Source: an uncultured Ectothiorhodospiraceae bacterium (GTDB taxonomy: Bacteria; Pseudomonadota; Gammaproteobacteria; UBA9214). Taken from it: a stretch of DNA of 64,000 nt. Every line of letters starts with the position of its first letter. The stretch's first letter is position 1. The stretch is from the NCBI GenBank assembly GCA_947259415.1, contig CAMYMI010000013.1, positions 487 through 64,486 of the forward strand, written 5' to 3'. The position numbers and the translations under genes are program-made. The notes beneath the pieces were generated by a model. That model did not search any database. It saw only the letters and a program-made list of their open reading frames with translations, and had not been told where the DNA came from. Positions 20,983 to 31,415 of this stretch are shown here, in pieces.

Positions 20983-21312
20983 CTATTGAACCGCTAGTTC
21001 TGCGGTGATCATATTTTTTAGCATGTTTCTGCAGGTGGTCACCTTGCAGGTTCCACTGTGTCGGCAGCTGAGTTGCAGGTCACGGACCTGGTCATCCGCA
21101 ATATCCAGCATGCAAACAAGCGCAATCTCTTCCTTTTCGCGTTGCGATCGTGCCTGCTCGAGCAAGGTGACGGTCTGGCAACCTTCGACAAAGCGTTTGC
21201 GCGCGAAGAACGCGATCTGGTCGAAATCGTAATTCCCCAGGCACCCGGGGTTATGGCAGGTCATGATGTCGTACTCCATCTGATTTCCTAACAGCCGAAT
21301 ATCTGCTGACAA
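20983..21312 (-). CDS. Hypothetical Cys-containing small protein
   Basis: 109-aa ORF ('CHNPGC', 'EGCQTV'); no assignable family. Confidence 0.35.
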   Translation of the reverse strand: MSADIRLLGNQMEYDIMTCHNPGCLGNYDFDQIAFFARKRFVEGCQTVTLLEQARSQREKEEIALVCMLDIADDQVRDLQLSCRHSGTCKVTTCRNMLKNMITAELAVQ

Positions 21313-21568
21313 TTGAAAAAACTAACCTGTTTAGACTACGGGCGCATTGATGTGGATCAAGCATGTGACCTGACTGTGTTTCAGATACACTACAAGACAG
21401 GTAATCAGCAGGACCCGAAGCACATGCACGACTGCAAAAACGGCGACACGGGATTCGACCACAGCTGAATATTAGGATTACATTAATTAGAAGAAGCTAA
21501 TAGGCCTGTCAGGCCGGTGTATGAATGTGCATGACAACTATCCACTATAGAATAAGTCACACACCATC

Positions 21569-22009
21569 ATGACGCATGAATATGAACTCGAGCGCTATGC
21601 CGCATACTTCCGTGGCTGGTGCCAGGCCTTTGGTGAACACGAAAGTATTCACAGCGAAGATACGGGCATCTGTTGGTTGCTTCGCGAGGACCAGTCGGGT
21701 TTCATCCTGCCACCACAGCTGATGAAGTCGCTGTACAGAGAAGTATTGAGGAAAAGTGACACACCGATGCTTCAGCTCGGCCCGAAGGGTTGCCACATTG
21801 GCGCATTTCGATACCCGCTGTCCGGAGCAGCGGATCAACAGGGTATCGCTGCAATAAAAGAAACCCTTGAAAACAGTAGCGACTCCTGCCTGTTCATGAC
21901 GTCCCATTTTACCTACGGTACCGGGACAAGAATATTCACCCTAGCAAACAAAAAACCTTTGTCGATTATCTACAAGGAAATCGGACGTATACGTATCCAG
22001 CTGGATTGA
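21569..22009 (+). CDS. Hypothetical protein
   Basis: 146-aa ORF in a lower-GC segment. Confidence 0.35.
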   Translation: MTHEYELERYAAYFRGWCQAFGEHESIHSEDTGICWLLREDQSGFILPPQLMKSLYREVLRKSDTPMLQLGPKGCHIGAFRYPLSGAADQQGIAAIKETLENSSDSCLFMTSHFTYGTGTRIFTLANKKPLSIIYKEIGRIRIQLD

Positions 22010-22134
22010 GATCTGCTGGGAAGGGCATTCGAGAATGCGGCCGTTAGCCGCTAGTTAGTGGTCCGTTAAACTGGGGTAACATCAAAGAGCAATATTCACT
22101 AATATTGGAAGTAATTACTCTCTGGCCCGGGTGA

Positions 22135-22755
22135 TTACCCTGTCATCTGTGAAGTCAGTTTTGCTGTCAGGTCAATCTGCGCGCAGACCAGTTCATACAG
22201 GGTACGATCGTCGAGTACTTCGTCTTTGGAGCACTTCTGGAGCAGGCCGGCAATCCGCGCATCGCGCGCGTCGAGCAAGTCGCCTAGATCCGTCTGATAG
22301 AGTTTCAACAGACTCGCCAGCCAGCGGCGCAGGACGTCCGGTTCTTCCGAAGGGTCAAGTGCATCAATTGCCGCCAGCAGGCTGTTGCGGTCACCCCAGT
22401 CGCTGCCCGTGACCCAGCGATTGGTGATAATCCAGCACAACGGCTGCCCTTCCAGATCCATGGCCAGTGCGGCCAGGTGTGTCCAGCCCTGTCCTTTGCG
22501 GGTAAACAGGTGAAAATGGCCATGTTCCCTGAAATCGGCATCAGCTACGGAATGACTGTGATAATAGCTCCGCCAGCCGTCTTTCCCGAATGCCAGCGCG
22601 GGTTGCGGGTACTTGCCACCCTGGACAAAAGTCGGTAGGTCCCGCAGCAGTTCCAGTACCGGGTTGCTGTGGTGTGCACCCATTTTCTGAATGCAGTCGA
22701 ACAACAGCGCCGCGGGCGGGCATTCGACGGTGCGATGCCTCGCTAGAGGCTGCAT
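22135..22755 (-). CDS. Hypothetical protein (last gene of the YeeE operon)
   Basis: 206 aa, His-rich 'HSHSVADADFREHGHFHLF'; start overlaps the upstream small gene by 13 bp. Confidence 0.45.
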   Translation of the reverse strand: MQPLARHRTVECPPAALLFDCIQKMGAHHSNPVLELLRDLPTFVQGGKYPQPALAFGKDGWRSYYHSHSVADADFREHGHFHLFTRKGQGWTHLAALAMDLEGQPLCWIITNRWVTGSDWGDRNSLLAAIDALDPSEEPDVLRRWLASLLKLYQTDLGDLLDARDARIAGLLQKCSKDEVLDDRTLYELVCAQIDLTAKLTSQMTG

Positions 22756-23012
22756 GGCGACTCGTCCTCGGTATTGTCCATATCGTCCAGCGAACAGGGA
22801 TTGTCATCCGTCGAACAATATGAGGCGTCCAGGTCACAGGGGTTTTCGTCTTCTTCGTCGATAATGACAACGGTTGTCTGGCTCCGGGACTGTTCACCGG
22901 GCTGCGCCGGCGCCGGCAGCCGGTGGCGGGTATGGTCTATGGCCACGGCGATCGCTGCGGTGCCCACAAAGGCTCCCATAATCCAGCGATTTCTGCGTCG
23001 AGCGTCTTTCAT
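22743..23012 (-). CDS. Small membrane-anchored acidic protein with three xPCxL repeats
   Basis: N-terminal hydrophobic anchor then 'DENPCDLDASYCSTDDNPCSLDDMDNTEDESPCSL'; 5 bp downstream of YeeE. Confidence 0.4.
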   Translation of the reverse strand: MKDARRRNRWIMGAFVGTAAIAVAIDHTRHRLPAPAQPGEQSRSQTTVVIIDEEDENPCDLDASYCSTDDNPCSLDDMDNTEDESPCSL

Positions 23013-23017
23013 GTGTC

Positions 23018-24211
23018 TTAGTTTACCGCTTTATCAAGACCAAAGCCCTGTCTGAGATATACCCCGATGATGCTGCCGGTGAACCCGCTGGCGAGCCACA
23101 GCCAGCCGTGCAGGCTGCCGGACACCAGGCCGGCCAGCAGACCGCCGATATTGCAGCCGAACGCCAGGCGTGCGCCGTAACCCAGTAACAGGCCTCCGGC
23201 AATGGCGGTGAGAATATCGCGCCTCCTGATCGAATCGGCGGGCGCGAAACGGCCAGCCAGGCCAGCGGCCGCGATGGCACCCAGTATAATGCCGATATCC
23301 ATGATTGACGTGGCGTCGGCAAGCACACTGCGCCCCAGTGCGGTGGCAGCATAGCCGTGGCTCCAATAGCTCCAGCTGCTGATATCACCGCCGAGTGCGG
23401 CCCACAGTTTGGTACCCCAGAGACCAAAGGCGAAGGTGATCGACCAGGGATGATGGGCAACCAGCAGCGTTGCCAGGCTGAGTAGGGCCAGTCCCACTGC
23501 ACCCCATAACACCGGCCACGGCCCGAACACCAGTCGCTGTAACGGGGAGCGCTGCCCTCGGCACCGGGTCAGGGGTTCGTGGTTGCCAAAGCGCCGCCGT
23601 TCGGCGTCGGTGGCCAATTGATAGAGGGTCGCCAATAGCAGTAATTGCAGGGCAAGCGCCAGGGGCCAGCCAAAGCCCTGGAGCAAAGAAACCTGACCCA
23701 GGGAGGGCAGCTGTGCCCACCAGGGCAAATGGACCGAGCCGATAACCGAGCCGATAACAAAAAAGACGAGTGTAACCAGCATTTTTACATGCCCGCCACC
23801 GACGGTGAACAGGGTGCCCGAACCGCAGCCGCCACCCAGCTGCATACCGATGCCGAACAGAAAAGCGCCTACCAGAACAGATATTCCCACCGGTGCGTAG
23901 GCGCCGTGCAGTGATAACCCGGGTACCGCGCCCGAGAGTAACGGAAAAAAGGCCAGCGACACCAGGGCCGCCAGCAACAGCTGGGCGCGGATCGCCGCAC
24001 TACGCCGCTCCCGTATAAAGAGCCGCCAGCCGCCGGCAAATCCAAAGGCGGCGTGAAACAGGCTAAAACCCAGACCGCTGCCGATCAGCAGCAGCAGTAC
24101 CTGGCGGTCTGAGACATCGTGATTGATAAATAACGCCAGGGCCATGATGCCAAGCAAGGCAGGGAAGACCACCCCGGGTTCGTAGCGGGTGACACTTGCT
24201 GGTGCCGACAT
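23018..24211 (-). CDS. YeeE/YedE family inner-membrane transporter (thiosulfate/sulfur-compound uptake family)
   Basis: Duplicated 'GGGCGSG' / 'AFGCNIGG' motifs characteristic of YeeE/YedE. Confidence 0.8.
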   Translation of the reverse strand: MSAPASVTRYEPGVVFPALLGIMALALFINHDVSDRQVLLLLIGSGLGFSLFHAAFGFAGGWRLFIRERRSAAIRAQLLLAALVSLAFFPLLSGAVPGLSLHGAYAPVGISVLVGAFLFGIGMQLGGGCGSGTLFTVGGGHVKMLVTLVFFVIGSVIGSVHLPWWAQLPSLGQVSLLQGFGWPLALALQLLLLATLYQLATDAERRRFGNHEPLTRCRGQRSPLQRLVFGPWPVLWGAVGLALLSLATLLVAHHPWSITFAFGLWGTKLWAALGGDISSWSYWSHGYAATALGRSVLADATSIMDIGIILGAIAAAGLAGRFAPADSIRRRDILTAIAGGLLLGYGARLAFGCNIGGLLAGLVSGSLHGWLWLASGFTGSIIGVYLRQGFGLDKAVN

Positions 24212-24956
24212 AGGCTTGCCTCCTGGTTGGGCAAGGGAACTGGTTCGATGGATAAGTTAAGGAACTAATAACAAAGTATAGACCTTTCAGTGCTAGCGCC
24301 AGAGCAAAATCCGGTGCTGAAATCTTTATGGCATCGCGTTATTTTGTCCAAAGTGTCGGAAAATCGTTAATATACTTGCTCCACTTCCGTAACTGACACT
24401 GGATTCGGCTATCCGGCCGCTGGTTCGACTGATGTTAAGTGTATGTTGGCCATGGTGTGTTCGCGTGCTATCAATCGCCGAACTGAAGAACCAAGTTGAA
24501 CGTCAGGTTGCGATGATTTGGGCGCAACATTTGCGACGGGTATTCAACCTCGACATCCTTAAAATAAAGTGGGGCCAGATTCCAGAGATCAGGGCGCCTT
24601 CCCAGTGACCCGGTACCGCACGGTCTTCAACAGCCGCCGGACGTTCTCGGATGGACACCATATCCTTGATTTAGTCGGATGACAGGCTACGACTCAACCC
24701 TGAAGTTCAGCGTCGTACCTTGAGTGACAGAAAGGCAGCGAAAACTGTCATTCCTGTAAATGTCTGCAACTCCTCTGACCCGAGAAATGACATAGAGCGA
24801 CGGGCGGTTATGAAATCGGCGTAGCGGCTCAAGCGCATGCCAATAGTGTGAAAAATTGATCCAGATCAACACAATCACCATCATAATAAAGACGTGCGAT
24901 CAAGCATCAGGATGGTAAAATAACATCTGGCTAATATTTCCGGATAGGGCGCCCCA

Positions 24957-25349
24957 ATGAGCATTCGAGCCATGCCTCTCGCTGTGTTACTGGTAATCAC
25001 TGCGGGTCTGGCAGCTTGCGATAAAGTAGAGCAGCTTCAATTTCAGAAGGTGACCTTTACGGAAGATGTCTACCCCATCATGCAAAAACATTGTGCAGAA
25101 TGTCACGTGGCCGGACAGCAAGGCGCCGTGGCAAGTGGCTTTCTGATGGAGTCTTACGAGTCGGTAATGAAAGGCTCCCGATTCGGACCGGTCATTGCCC
25201 CGGGCTCTGCCATATCCAGTTCGCTGTATATCATGGTTGCCGGTAAAGCCGACCTGACAATCAGTATGCCGCATGGCAAAGATCCCCTCAGTGCTGAAGA
25301 GATCGAAACCATCCGGGTTTGGATCGAAAATGGTGCCATCGAGAACTGA
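24957..25349 (+). CDS. Monoheme c-type cytochrome lipoprotein
   Basis: Lipobox 'LAAC', single 'CAECH' haem site, 130 aa. Confidence 0.65.
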   Translation: MSIRAMPLAVLLVITAGLAACDKVEQLQFQKVTFTEDVYPIMQKHCAECHVAGQQGAVASGFLMESYESVMKGSRFGPVIAPGSAISSSLYIMVAGKADLTISMPHGKDPLSAEEIETIRVWIENGAIEN

Positions 25350-25716
25350 TCCGGGTCTTCTACCCGATACAGGCAAGAACACAAATTGCAGGTTCTCGGC
25401 AAGGCCAGCCCCGACGCAGGTTGGGCCGCTTCTTCAGGAACACGGTATCCCGGAGAGGTTATCCCTGAATTCTCAAAGTGGAGGCAATGTGCTTTCGCGA
25501 CTGGCGAAACCGTTTATTTACAGATATCGTACTGAACACGGTGATACGAACCGTTATTCAGCAGATCCGCAACAATCTGGTTATATTATCAGCCTCGTGG
25601 TTGCGGTCTCCAGTCTCAGCTACAACACTTGCGCAATGAATTGACTGAGGAAAAATTGAAAAATAAGATTTTTCGGATTTGAAGCCCTGAAAAATCTCGG
25701 TGAGCTGCAGACAATT

Positions 25717-25968
25717 GTGGATTTTGGACATTACGAAAAGAACACTGAAATGGGGAGTCCTATCGAGTGCTGGGGTCGAGTCCTGCTAATACGTGATCTG
25801 GCCGATATTATTAAAGGATCCGTGCCTGACAAGGCACAGAAATTATTTGATACATGGCGGTCCAATTGGGAAGGAATAGGAAATGACAAGTCCAGGGTCG
25901 AGCGCATTACAGCTGAAATAATCGAAACCCGCCAGTCGTTTCAAAGCGTGATAAACAGACTTGATTAG
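25717..25968 (+). CDS. Hypothetical small protein
   Basis: 83-aa ORF in a low-GC segment. Confidence 0.25.
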   Translation: MDFGHYEKNTEMGSPIECWGRVLLIRDLADIIKGSVPDKAQKLFDTWRSNWEGIGNDKSRVERITAEIIETRQSFQSVINRLD

Positions 25969-26113
25969 TATTTTCTTATCCTTTGAATTTCTCCCAAAAT
26001 CAAATCCGTTCACACCAATGCATTGCCTGAAGGACCTTTATCCTGCCACATTCATGCCGGTGGTGACCATCATCCAGGCAAGTGCACCCGAGTGGTGTTT
26101 ATGAGTATCCGTC

Positions 26114-26842
26114 ATGAACGATGATCTGCAGCTCGCGGCGCGTGTGCATTACAGCTTTCTGCCAGAACATTACGAAGATGACTGGCTGAATGTGGCGACC
26201 CATTTAATCCCGAAGTCGGTACTGGGGGGTGATTATTGCAGTGTCGTCCCGCTTGGTGAGCAGCGGTTTGCAGCGTGTATCTGTGATGCCGTTGGCCATG
26301 GAGTTGCCTCAGCCCTGTATGCCGCGCGTATTAACACCTTTGTATTGACAAATATCTTGCAGGGCCACGACCCTTGTGAACTGATCAGCGCGCTGAACGA
26401 GTTTCTGTGTCGCCGGCTCGTCGAATCAGGCATGTATGCCTCGTTCTTTGTTGTCTTTCTGGATACCGAATCTATGGAAATCCAGTTTGCCGGTGCCGGG
26501 CATCCCGCTGCGCTGCATCTGTCTACAGAAGAAAACCGGATTAACTGGCTGGATTCAGAAACCACTCTGCTTGGGTTCGAGCACCCGTTACCTGTGGAAT
26601 GTCCCCTGAAAACCAGCCCAATCAGTTCTGGTGACAGGATACTCTTGTATACAGACGGTCTTATAGAGACAAGAAACAGCCGCGGAGTAGAATTCGGCCA
26701 TGCAGGTGTGGAGCGCTATGTGAGTGCAAGTTCACAGGAAGACAACAGGGATTTTGTTAATGGTTTATGTTCTGAGATCCATGACTATAGCAATGGCGCA
26801 ATAAAAGACGACATACTGTGTCTGAGTCTCAAGGTGAAGTAG
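26114..26842 (+). CDS. Stand-alone PP2C/SpoIIE-type serine phosphatase
   Basis: 'GGDYCSV...ICDAVGHGVASAL...GAGHPAAL...LYTDGLIE' PP2C motifs. Confidence 0.7.
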   Translation: MNDDLQLAARVHYSFLPEHYEDDWLNVATHLIPKSVLGGDYCSVVPLGEQRFAACICDAVGHGVASALYAARINTFVLTNILQGHDPCELISALNEFLCRRLVESGMYASFFVVFLDTESMEIQFAGAGHPAALHLSTEENRINWLDSETTLLGFEHPLPVECPLKTSPISSGDRILLYTDGLIETRNSRGVEFGHAGVERYVSASSQEDNRDFVNGLCSEIHDYSNGAIKDDILCLSLKVK

Positions 26843-27173
26843 ACAACGGTATCATCCTTTTTCAATAGTCTGCAGTGATTTTGCACTGTCTCGCTTGTTG
26901 ATGTTTCTGATGGTTGACAGGAGTCCAGATCAAGCCGGTCAAAAGGCGATACCCTGCCCACCGTTAGGGATTTCAGTTAGATAGGGCCTCACCCGGGCAT
27001 TGAAGCGGTCCCGGCAGTTCGTGTAAGAGTATCACTCGCTTGCCTGCGAGGCCTTAAATCAGGCGCTTTATGACGATATCGCCGGGTTTGCAGGGCAGTG
27101 CTTCACAGATGGCATTCTGTTAATGACACCGAACATAAAATAGAATCATGCTGCAGGTAATGTCAGGCAGACA

Positions 27174-28493
27174 GTGATGGGCGATATCCCTCCAAAAGGT
27201 GAAAGACGCGACCCGGCGCGGCAGGATCGCCGCTCGAGTCCCGCTTTGTCCGGGCATTTGGAGTTGCTGGCCAGGATGAGCGGCCACTTTGCCGTCACAA
27301 CTGACATCGAGGAGACCATTCAGAAGGCCCTGGACCTGATCATCCGCTACGTGGGTGCTGAAGCCGGTTCGCTGTTTCTGCTGGAAGCGGATACCGGGAA
27401 ACTGGTTTGCAAGGCCAGTGTCGGTCAGGTTGATATCTGCGGTCTCATGCTCGACGCAGGTCAGGGGATCGTGGGACAGTGTGTATCCGGGAATTGCAGT
27501 CGCATCGTGCGCGAAGTCAGCGAGGATCCGGATTTTGAACCATCGGTGGATGATCTGACCGGTTTTCACACCCGTTCAATACTGTGTACGCCCATGACCG
27601 TTCATGATGCGATGCTGGGTGCCATCGAGCTGGTCAACAAGAAGGATGAAAGCGGGCTGTTCTCCGAACCGGATCTCATGATGCTGCAAACGCTGGCATC
27701 TGCGGCGGCCCTGGCCATCCGCAATGCGCGCATGACAGAGGAACTGGTCAGTCAGGAGCGTCTCAACCGGGAGATCGAGCTCGCCATCGAAATGCAGCGC
27801 AGCCTGTTACCGGTGGCGCAGCCGGCGCCATTCCCGGTGTCGGGGATCAATCTGCCGGTCTACGAGGTGTCCGGTGATTTTTACGATTTCTTCGAAATCG
27901 ACGATGGACGCATCTATTTCAGTCTGGGTGACGTCTCCGGAAAGGGCATGGATGCCGCGTTGCTTATGTCCAAGACCTCCAGCCTGTTTCGCTGCCTGGG
28001 TAAAACCATACACATGCCCGCTGTCCTGCTGGCAACCATCAACAGGGAGCTTTGTGAGACCGCGATCCATGGCATGTTTGTCACCATGGCCTGTGGCATC
28101 CTTGACCCCGCAAGCGGCAAGGTGCAGCTGGCCAATGCCGGCCACGAGCCAGCCCTGCTGCATGATTGCGATGGAAAATTCAGGGCAATGCCTGCCAGTG
28201 CCCCGCCGCTTGGCATACTATATCCTGAAACAGGAGAAACCGGCATTCGGGATGAGACATTCAGGCTCAATGGTGGCACACTCTATATCTTTTCAGATGG
28301 CGTAACCGAGGGTTTTCTCGAAAACGGTGACCCGCTTGGAGTTGATGGCCTTAAAAAGATCATCCGTGAACAGTCTGGAGAAACGGTTACAAGACGTATT
28401 GAGTCCGTGATTTCACGCCTGAGCAGTGCCGGGCAAAAGCGTCGCGACGACATTACTATCCTGGCCGTGGAAGATAGCAGTCAGAATCGATGA
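27174..28493 (+). CDS. GAF-domain PP2C phosphatase (RsbU/RsbP-like partner-switching phosphatase)
   Basis: N-terminal GAF ('GAEAGSLFLLEADTGKLVCKASVG...GIVGQC') plus C-terminal SpoIIE/PP2C ('SGDFYDFF...GDVSGKGMDAALLMS...ANAGHEPALL...FSDGVTE'). Confidence 0.8.
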   Translation: MMGDIPPKGERRDPARQDRRSSPALSGHLELLARMSGHFAVTTDIEETIQKALDLIIRYVGAEAGSLFLLEADTGKLVCKASVGQVDICGLMLDAGQGIVGQCVSGNCSRIVREVSEDPDFEPSVDDLTGFHTRSILCTPMTVHDAMLGAIELVNKKDESGLFSEPDLMMLQTLASAAALAIRNARMTEELVSQERLNREIELAIEMQRSLLPVAQPAPFPVSGINLPVYEVSGDFYDFFEIDDGRIYFSLGDVSGKGMDAALLMSKTSSLFRCLGKTIHMPAVLLATINRELCETAIHGMFVTMACGILDPASGKVQLANAGHEPALLHDCDGKFRAMPASAPPLGILYPETGETGIRDETFRLNGGTLYIFSDGVTEGFLENGDPLGVDGLKKIIREQSGETVTRRIESVISRLSSAGQKRRDDITILAVEDSSQNR

Positions 28494-28936
28494 GCGATTA
28501 CCAGAGCAAGGAGTCCGAACCGTCGGTCCGGGTCACATTTCCTGCGCAGGCAGGGGAGCTGCAGCGGGTTCGCGAGGTGGTACGCAGGACCTGCGTCGAA
28601 TGCGGGTGTAGTGCCGCCCTGGCCAACGACCTGGTGATCGCTGTCGGCGAGGCCTGCCAGAATGTCGTAAGGCATGCCTATAGGGATGTGGACGATGGCG
28701 AGGCAACCCTTGAAATCTTCTGTCGGGACGGTGCAGTGGAGTTTCGTCTGCATGATAACGCCCCCCCGATGGACAACGAGAAACTCAAGCCGGTATGGCC
28801 GAAGAAAGTCCAGGCCGGGGGACTGGGTGTCTGCCTCATTCACGACATCATGGATGAGGTGGAACATCTTCCTCTTCCGTCAGGTCACGGAAATCTGCTA
28901 CGAATGGTAAAATCCTTCAAGAGAGATCCAGAATGA
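28490..28936 (+). CDS. RsbW/SpoIIAB-type anti-sigma-factor serine kinase (HATPase_c)
   Basis: N-box 'GEACQNVVRHAY', G-box 'GGLGVCLI'; ATGA overlap with the upstream phosphatase. Confidence 0.8.
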   Translation: MSDYQSKESEPSVRVTFPAQAGELQRVREVVRRTCVECGCSAALANDLVIAVGEACQNVVRHAYRDVDDGEATLEIFCRDGAVEFRLHDNAPPMDNEKLKPVWPKKVQAGGLGVCLIHDIMDEVEHLPLPSGHGNLLRMVKSFKRDPE

Positions 28937-29265
28937 CTCATGAGATTATTGAAAAGCAGGGATCGTCGGTGGTCGTGCTGAGGGGAGATGTCGATCTCTC
29001 AAGCTCGCCTGAAGCGCGCAAACTGTTGCTCAGCTGCATCGATGGTAGTGACAGGGTGCTGGTCGACCTCTCGGGTGTGACCTATATCGACAGCTCCGGG
29101 ATCGCGTCGCTGGTAGAGGCCCTGCAGGTATCAAAAAAGAATGGTAAGCAGTTTGCGCTCGCCGCGGCCAGTGAGCCGACTCGACGGGTTTTGGAACTGG
29201 CGCGCCTCGATAAGGTGTTCAAGATGCATGCAACAGTTGAGGAGGGGATCAATGCAGAGGGATAG
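28933..29265 (+). CDS. STAS-domain anti-sigma-factor antagonist (SpoIIAA/RsbV-like, phosphorylatable)
   Basis: 'DLSGVTYIDSSGIASLVEAL' with the DSSG phospho-acceptor motif; ATGA overlap with the kinase. Confidence 0.8.
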   Translation: MTHEIIEKQGSSVVVLRGDVDLSSSPEARKLLLSCIDGSDRVLVDLSGVTYIDSSGIASLVEALQVSKKNGKQFALAAASEPTRRVLELARLDKVFKMHATVEEGINAEG

Positions 29266-29343
29266 AGGCTGCCTACCTTGTTACACATTGCGGTTGTATA
29301 CCTCAAGCTATAAACGCACATCGACTGTAACACCATCCTGATT

Positions 29344-30135
29344 TTGCGTAGATTCATAGAAAAAATCGGCCGGGAGTTTCTCTACCTGCTGGAAAACATC
29401 GGCAGGATGGGATTCTTTTTCTCGACGACCCTGGTCACCATCCTGAAACCGCCTTATACACCGTACCCGGTTGTCCGGCAGATCTATTTCATCGGGGCCC
29501 GCTCGGTGATTGTCATCCTCGTCACCGGCCTGTTCACCGGCATGGTGCTGGGCCTGCAGGGATACCACAACCTCAAAAAGTTTGGTTCCGAGGAGTTGCT
29601 GGGCTCGGCCGTGGCACTCAGCCTCATACAGGAGCTTGGCCCCGTGTTGACGGCACTCATGGTCATTGGCCGTGCCGGCTCTGCCATCTGTGCGGAAATC
29701 GGGATTATGCGTAATTCCGAGCAGATCGATGCACTGGAGTGCATGGCGATCGACCCCTACAAGTTCCTTATTGCCCCCAAGTTTATTGCCGCACTGATCT
29801 CTCTGCCAGCGCTGACCTTCATCTTCAATGTGTTGGGCATTCTGGGTGGTTATCTCGCCGGCGTGGTGTTTCTCGATATCGCCAGTGGCGCCTATTTTCA
29901 GGGCATGTACGATAGCGTTGAGTGGGCGGACATCCGCCTGTGTTTTATCAAGTCCATGATTTTCGGTGTGCTTATCGTCTGGATTGCGTCCTTCAAGGGC
30001 TATTTCCTGCACCTCAACCGGACCGGGGTATTCGGTGCCGAAGGGGTAAGCCGTGTCACCACCGATGCCGTTGTGCTTGCATCGGTGACCATTCTGGTAT
30101 GGGATTACCTGATCGGGTCATTGATACTCTCATGA
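29344..30135 (+). CDS. mlaE: Phospholipid ABC transporter permease MlaE
   Basis: MlaE-family permease signature ('IYFIGARSVIVILVTGLFTGMVLGLQGY', 'LGPVLTALMVIGRAGSAI'); 78 bp after the STAS gene. Confidence 0.85.
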   Translation: MRRFIEKIGREFLYLLENIGRMGFFFSTTLVTILKPPYTPYPVVRQIYFIGARSVIVILVTGLFTGMVLGLQGYHNLKKFGSEELLGSAVALSLIQELGPVLTALMVIGRAGSAICAEIGIMRNSEQIDALECMAIDPYKFLIAPKFIAALISLPALTFIFNVLGILGGYLAGVVFLDIASGAYFQGMYDSVEWADIRLCFIKSMIFGVLIVWIASFKGYFLHLNRTGVFGAEGVSRVTTDAVVLASVTILVWDYLIGSLILS

Positions 30136-30181
30136 AGAGTTTAGTCAGCAGGACATAATATTTGAAAATACGGGGTTTCTT

Positions 30182-30628
30182 ATGAACAAGATGAATCTCG
30201 AAATGATTGTTGGGCTCTTTATGCTGGCAGGATTTGCCAGTTTCTCCTACATTGCCATCAAGATGGGCGATCTCAGCTTATTCAATGAAGAATCCTATCC
30301 AGTCAGCGCCCGGTTTATCTCCATCAGTGGGCTCAAGGAAGGTGCGGCAGTCGAACTGGCCGGCGTCAAGGTCGGAACGGTATCCGGTATCGAGCTTGAC
30401 GGGGGAGAGTACGAGGCCGTTGTCCAGCTTGACATCAACAAGCAGGTCAGGCTCCAGGAAGACAGCATTGCCTCGATACGTACATCCGGCATTATCGGTG
30501 ATCGCTTTATCAAGCTCACCCCCGGCGGATCGGAAGATTACCTGGGGGCAGGTGATGAAATTGCGGAAACCGAGTCGTCGATCAGTCTGGAGGAATTGGT
30601 CAGCAAGTATATATTCAAAAGCGAATAA
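30182..30628 (+). CDS. mlaD: MCE-domain periplasmic lipid-binding protein MlaD
   Basis: N-terminal TM anchor then MCE domain 'GLKEGAAVELAGVKVGTVSGIEL'. Confidence 0.8.
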   Translation: MNKMNLEMIVGLFMLAGFASFSYIAIKMGDLSLFNEESYPVSARFISISGLKEGAAVELAGVKVGTVSGIELDGGEYEAVVQLDINKQVRLQEDSIASIRTSGIIGDRFIKLTPGGSEDYLGAGDEIAETESSISLEELVSKYIFKSE

Positions 30629-30650
30629 CACCCGAAAAAGGGGGAAGCCC

Positions 30651-31415
30651 GTGAAAAAGCTACTACTCCTGTTTTTTCTTCTAGCCTGCCCGCCACTGCT
30701 CATGGCCCAGGACATTGATCCCGTCTCCTCGGGCAGCACAGCGGCCCCCGGGAAAGCGGATACACAGAAAGAGGAAGAAGAGCTGTTTGTCTTTGACGAG
30801 GAAGAAACGCTCGTCGTCTCCGACCCGCTGCAGCCGATCAACCGCGGGATCTTCTGGTTCAATGACAAGCTGTATTTCTATCTGCTCAAACCCGTGGCCA
30901 GGGGATATCGATGGCTTGCACCGGAGCCGATAAGGATCGGGGTGCAGAATTTCTTCTCCAACCTGGCAACACCCATCCGACTGGTAAATTCAGGCCTGCA
31001 GCTCAAGTTCGGGGACGCCGGCAATGAGCTGACCCGGTTTGTCGTTAACTCCACCCTCGGTATCGGTGGACTGTTCGATCCGGCAAAAGAGCATTTCAAT
31101 ATCAGGAAGAAAGACGAGGATACCGGCCAGACACTGGGTCATTACGGCCTGGGACCCGGTATCTACATCGTGTTGCCAGCACTCGGACCTTCCAATATCC
31201 GGGACGGCATCGGCCTGCTGGCGGATTCCTATATGGATCTGACCCGCTATGCGTGGGAGAATCAGGACTATTATGGGGCCAAGATCTTCGATGTCATTAA
31301 CGATCTGTCGATCGACAAGGACACCTATGAAGGGATCAAAAAGGATGCTCTCGATCCTTACCTTTTCATTCGTGATGCCTATATGCAGTATCGCCAGCAC
31401 AAGGTCGAGAACTAG
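30651..31415 (+). CDS. mlaA: Outer-membrane lipoprotein MlaA (VacJ family)
   Basis: GTG start after RBS; lipobox 'LLACP'; 'INRGIFWFNDKLYFYLLKPVARGYRWLAPEPIRIGVQNFFSNLATPIRLVNSGLQ' is the VacJ core. Confidence 0.75.
   Translation: MKKLLLLFFLLACPPLLMAQDIDPVSSGSTAAPGKADTQKEEEELFVFDEEETLVVSDPLQPINRGIFWFNDKLYFYLLKPVARGYRWLAPEPIRIGVQNFFSNLATPIRLVNSGLQLKFGDAGNELTRFVVNSTLGIGGLFDPAKEHFNIRKKDEDTGQTLGHYGLGPGIYIVLPALGPSNIRDGIGLLADSYMDLTRYAWENQDYYGAKIFDVINDLSIDKDTYEGIKKDALDPYLFIRDAYMQYRQHKVEN

Noticed and set aside
24212-24956. Small ORF 24687-24884 and possible RNA in the 745-bp divergent region between YeeE and the cytochrome c lipoprotein
   Set aside because: No RBS, conserved structure or terminator could be discerned. 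Likely just promoter space.
30207-31415. 402-aa ORF as the MlaA gene
   Set aside because: The first 148 codons overlap mlaD in another frame and lack homology. The MlaA/VacJ lipoprotein begins at the GTG at 30651 with a lipobox.
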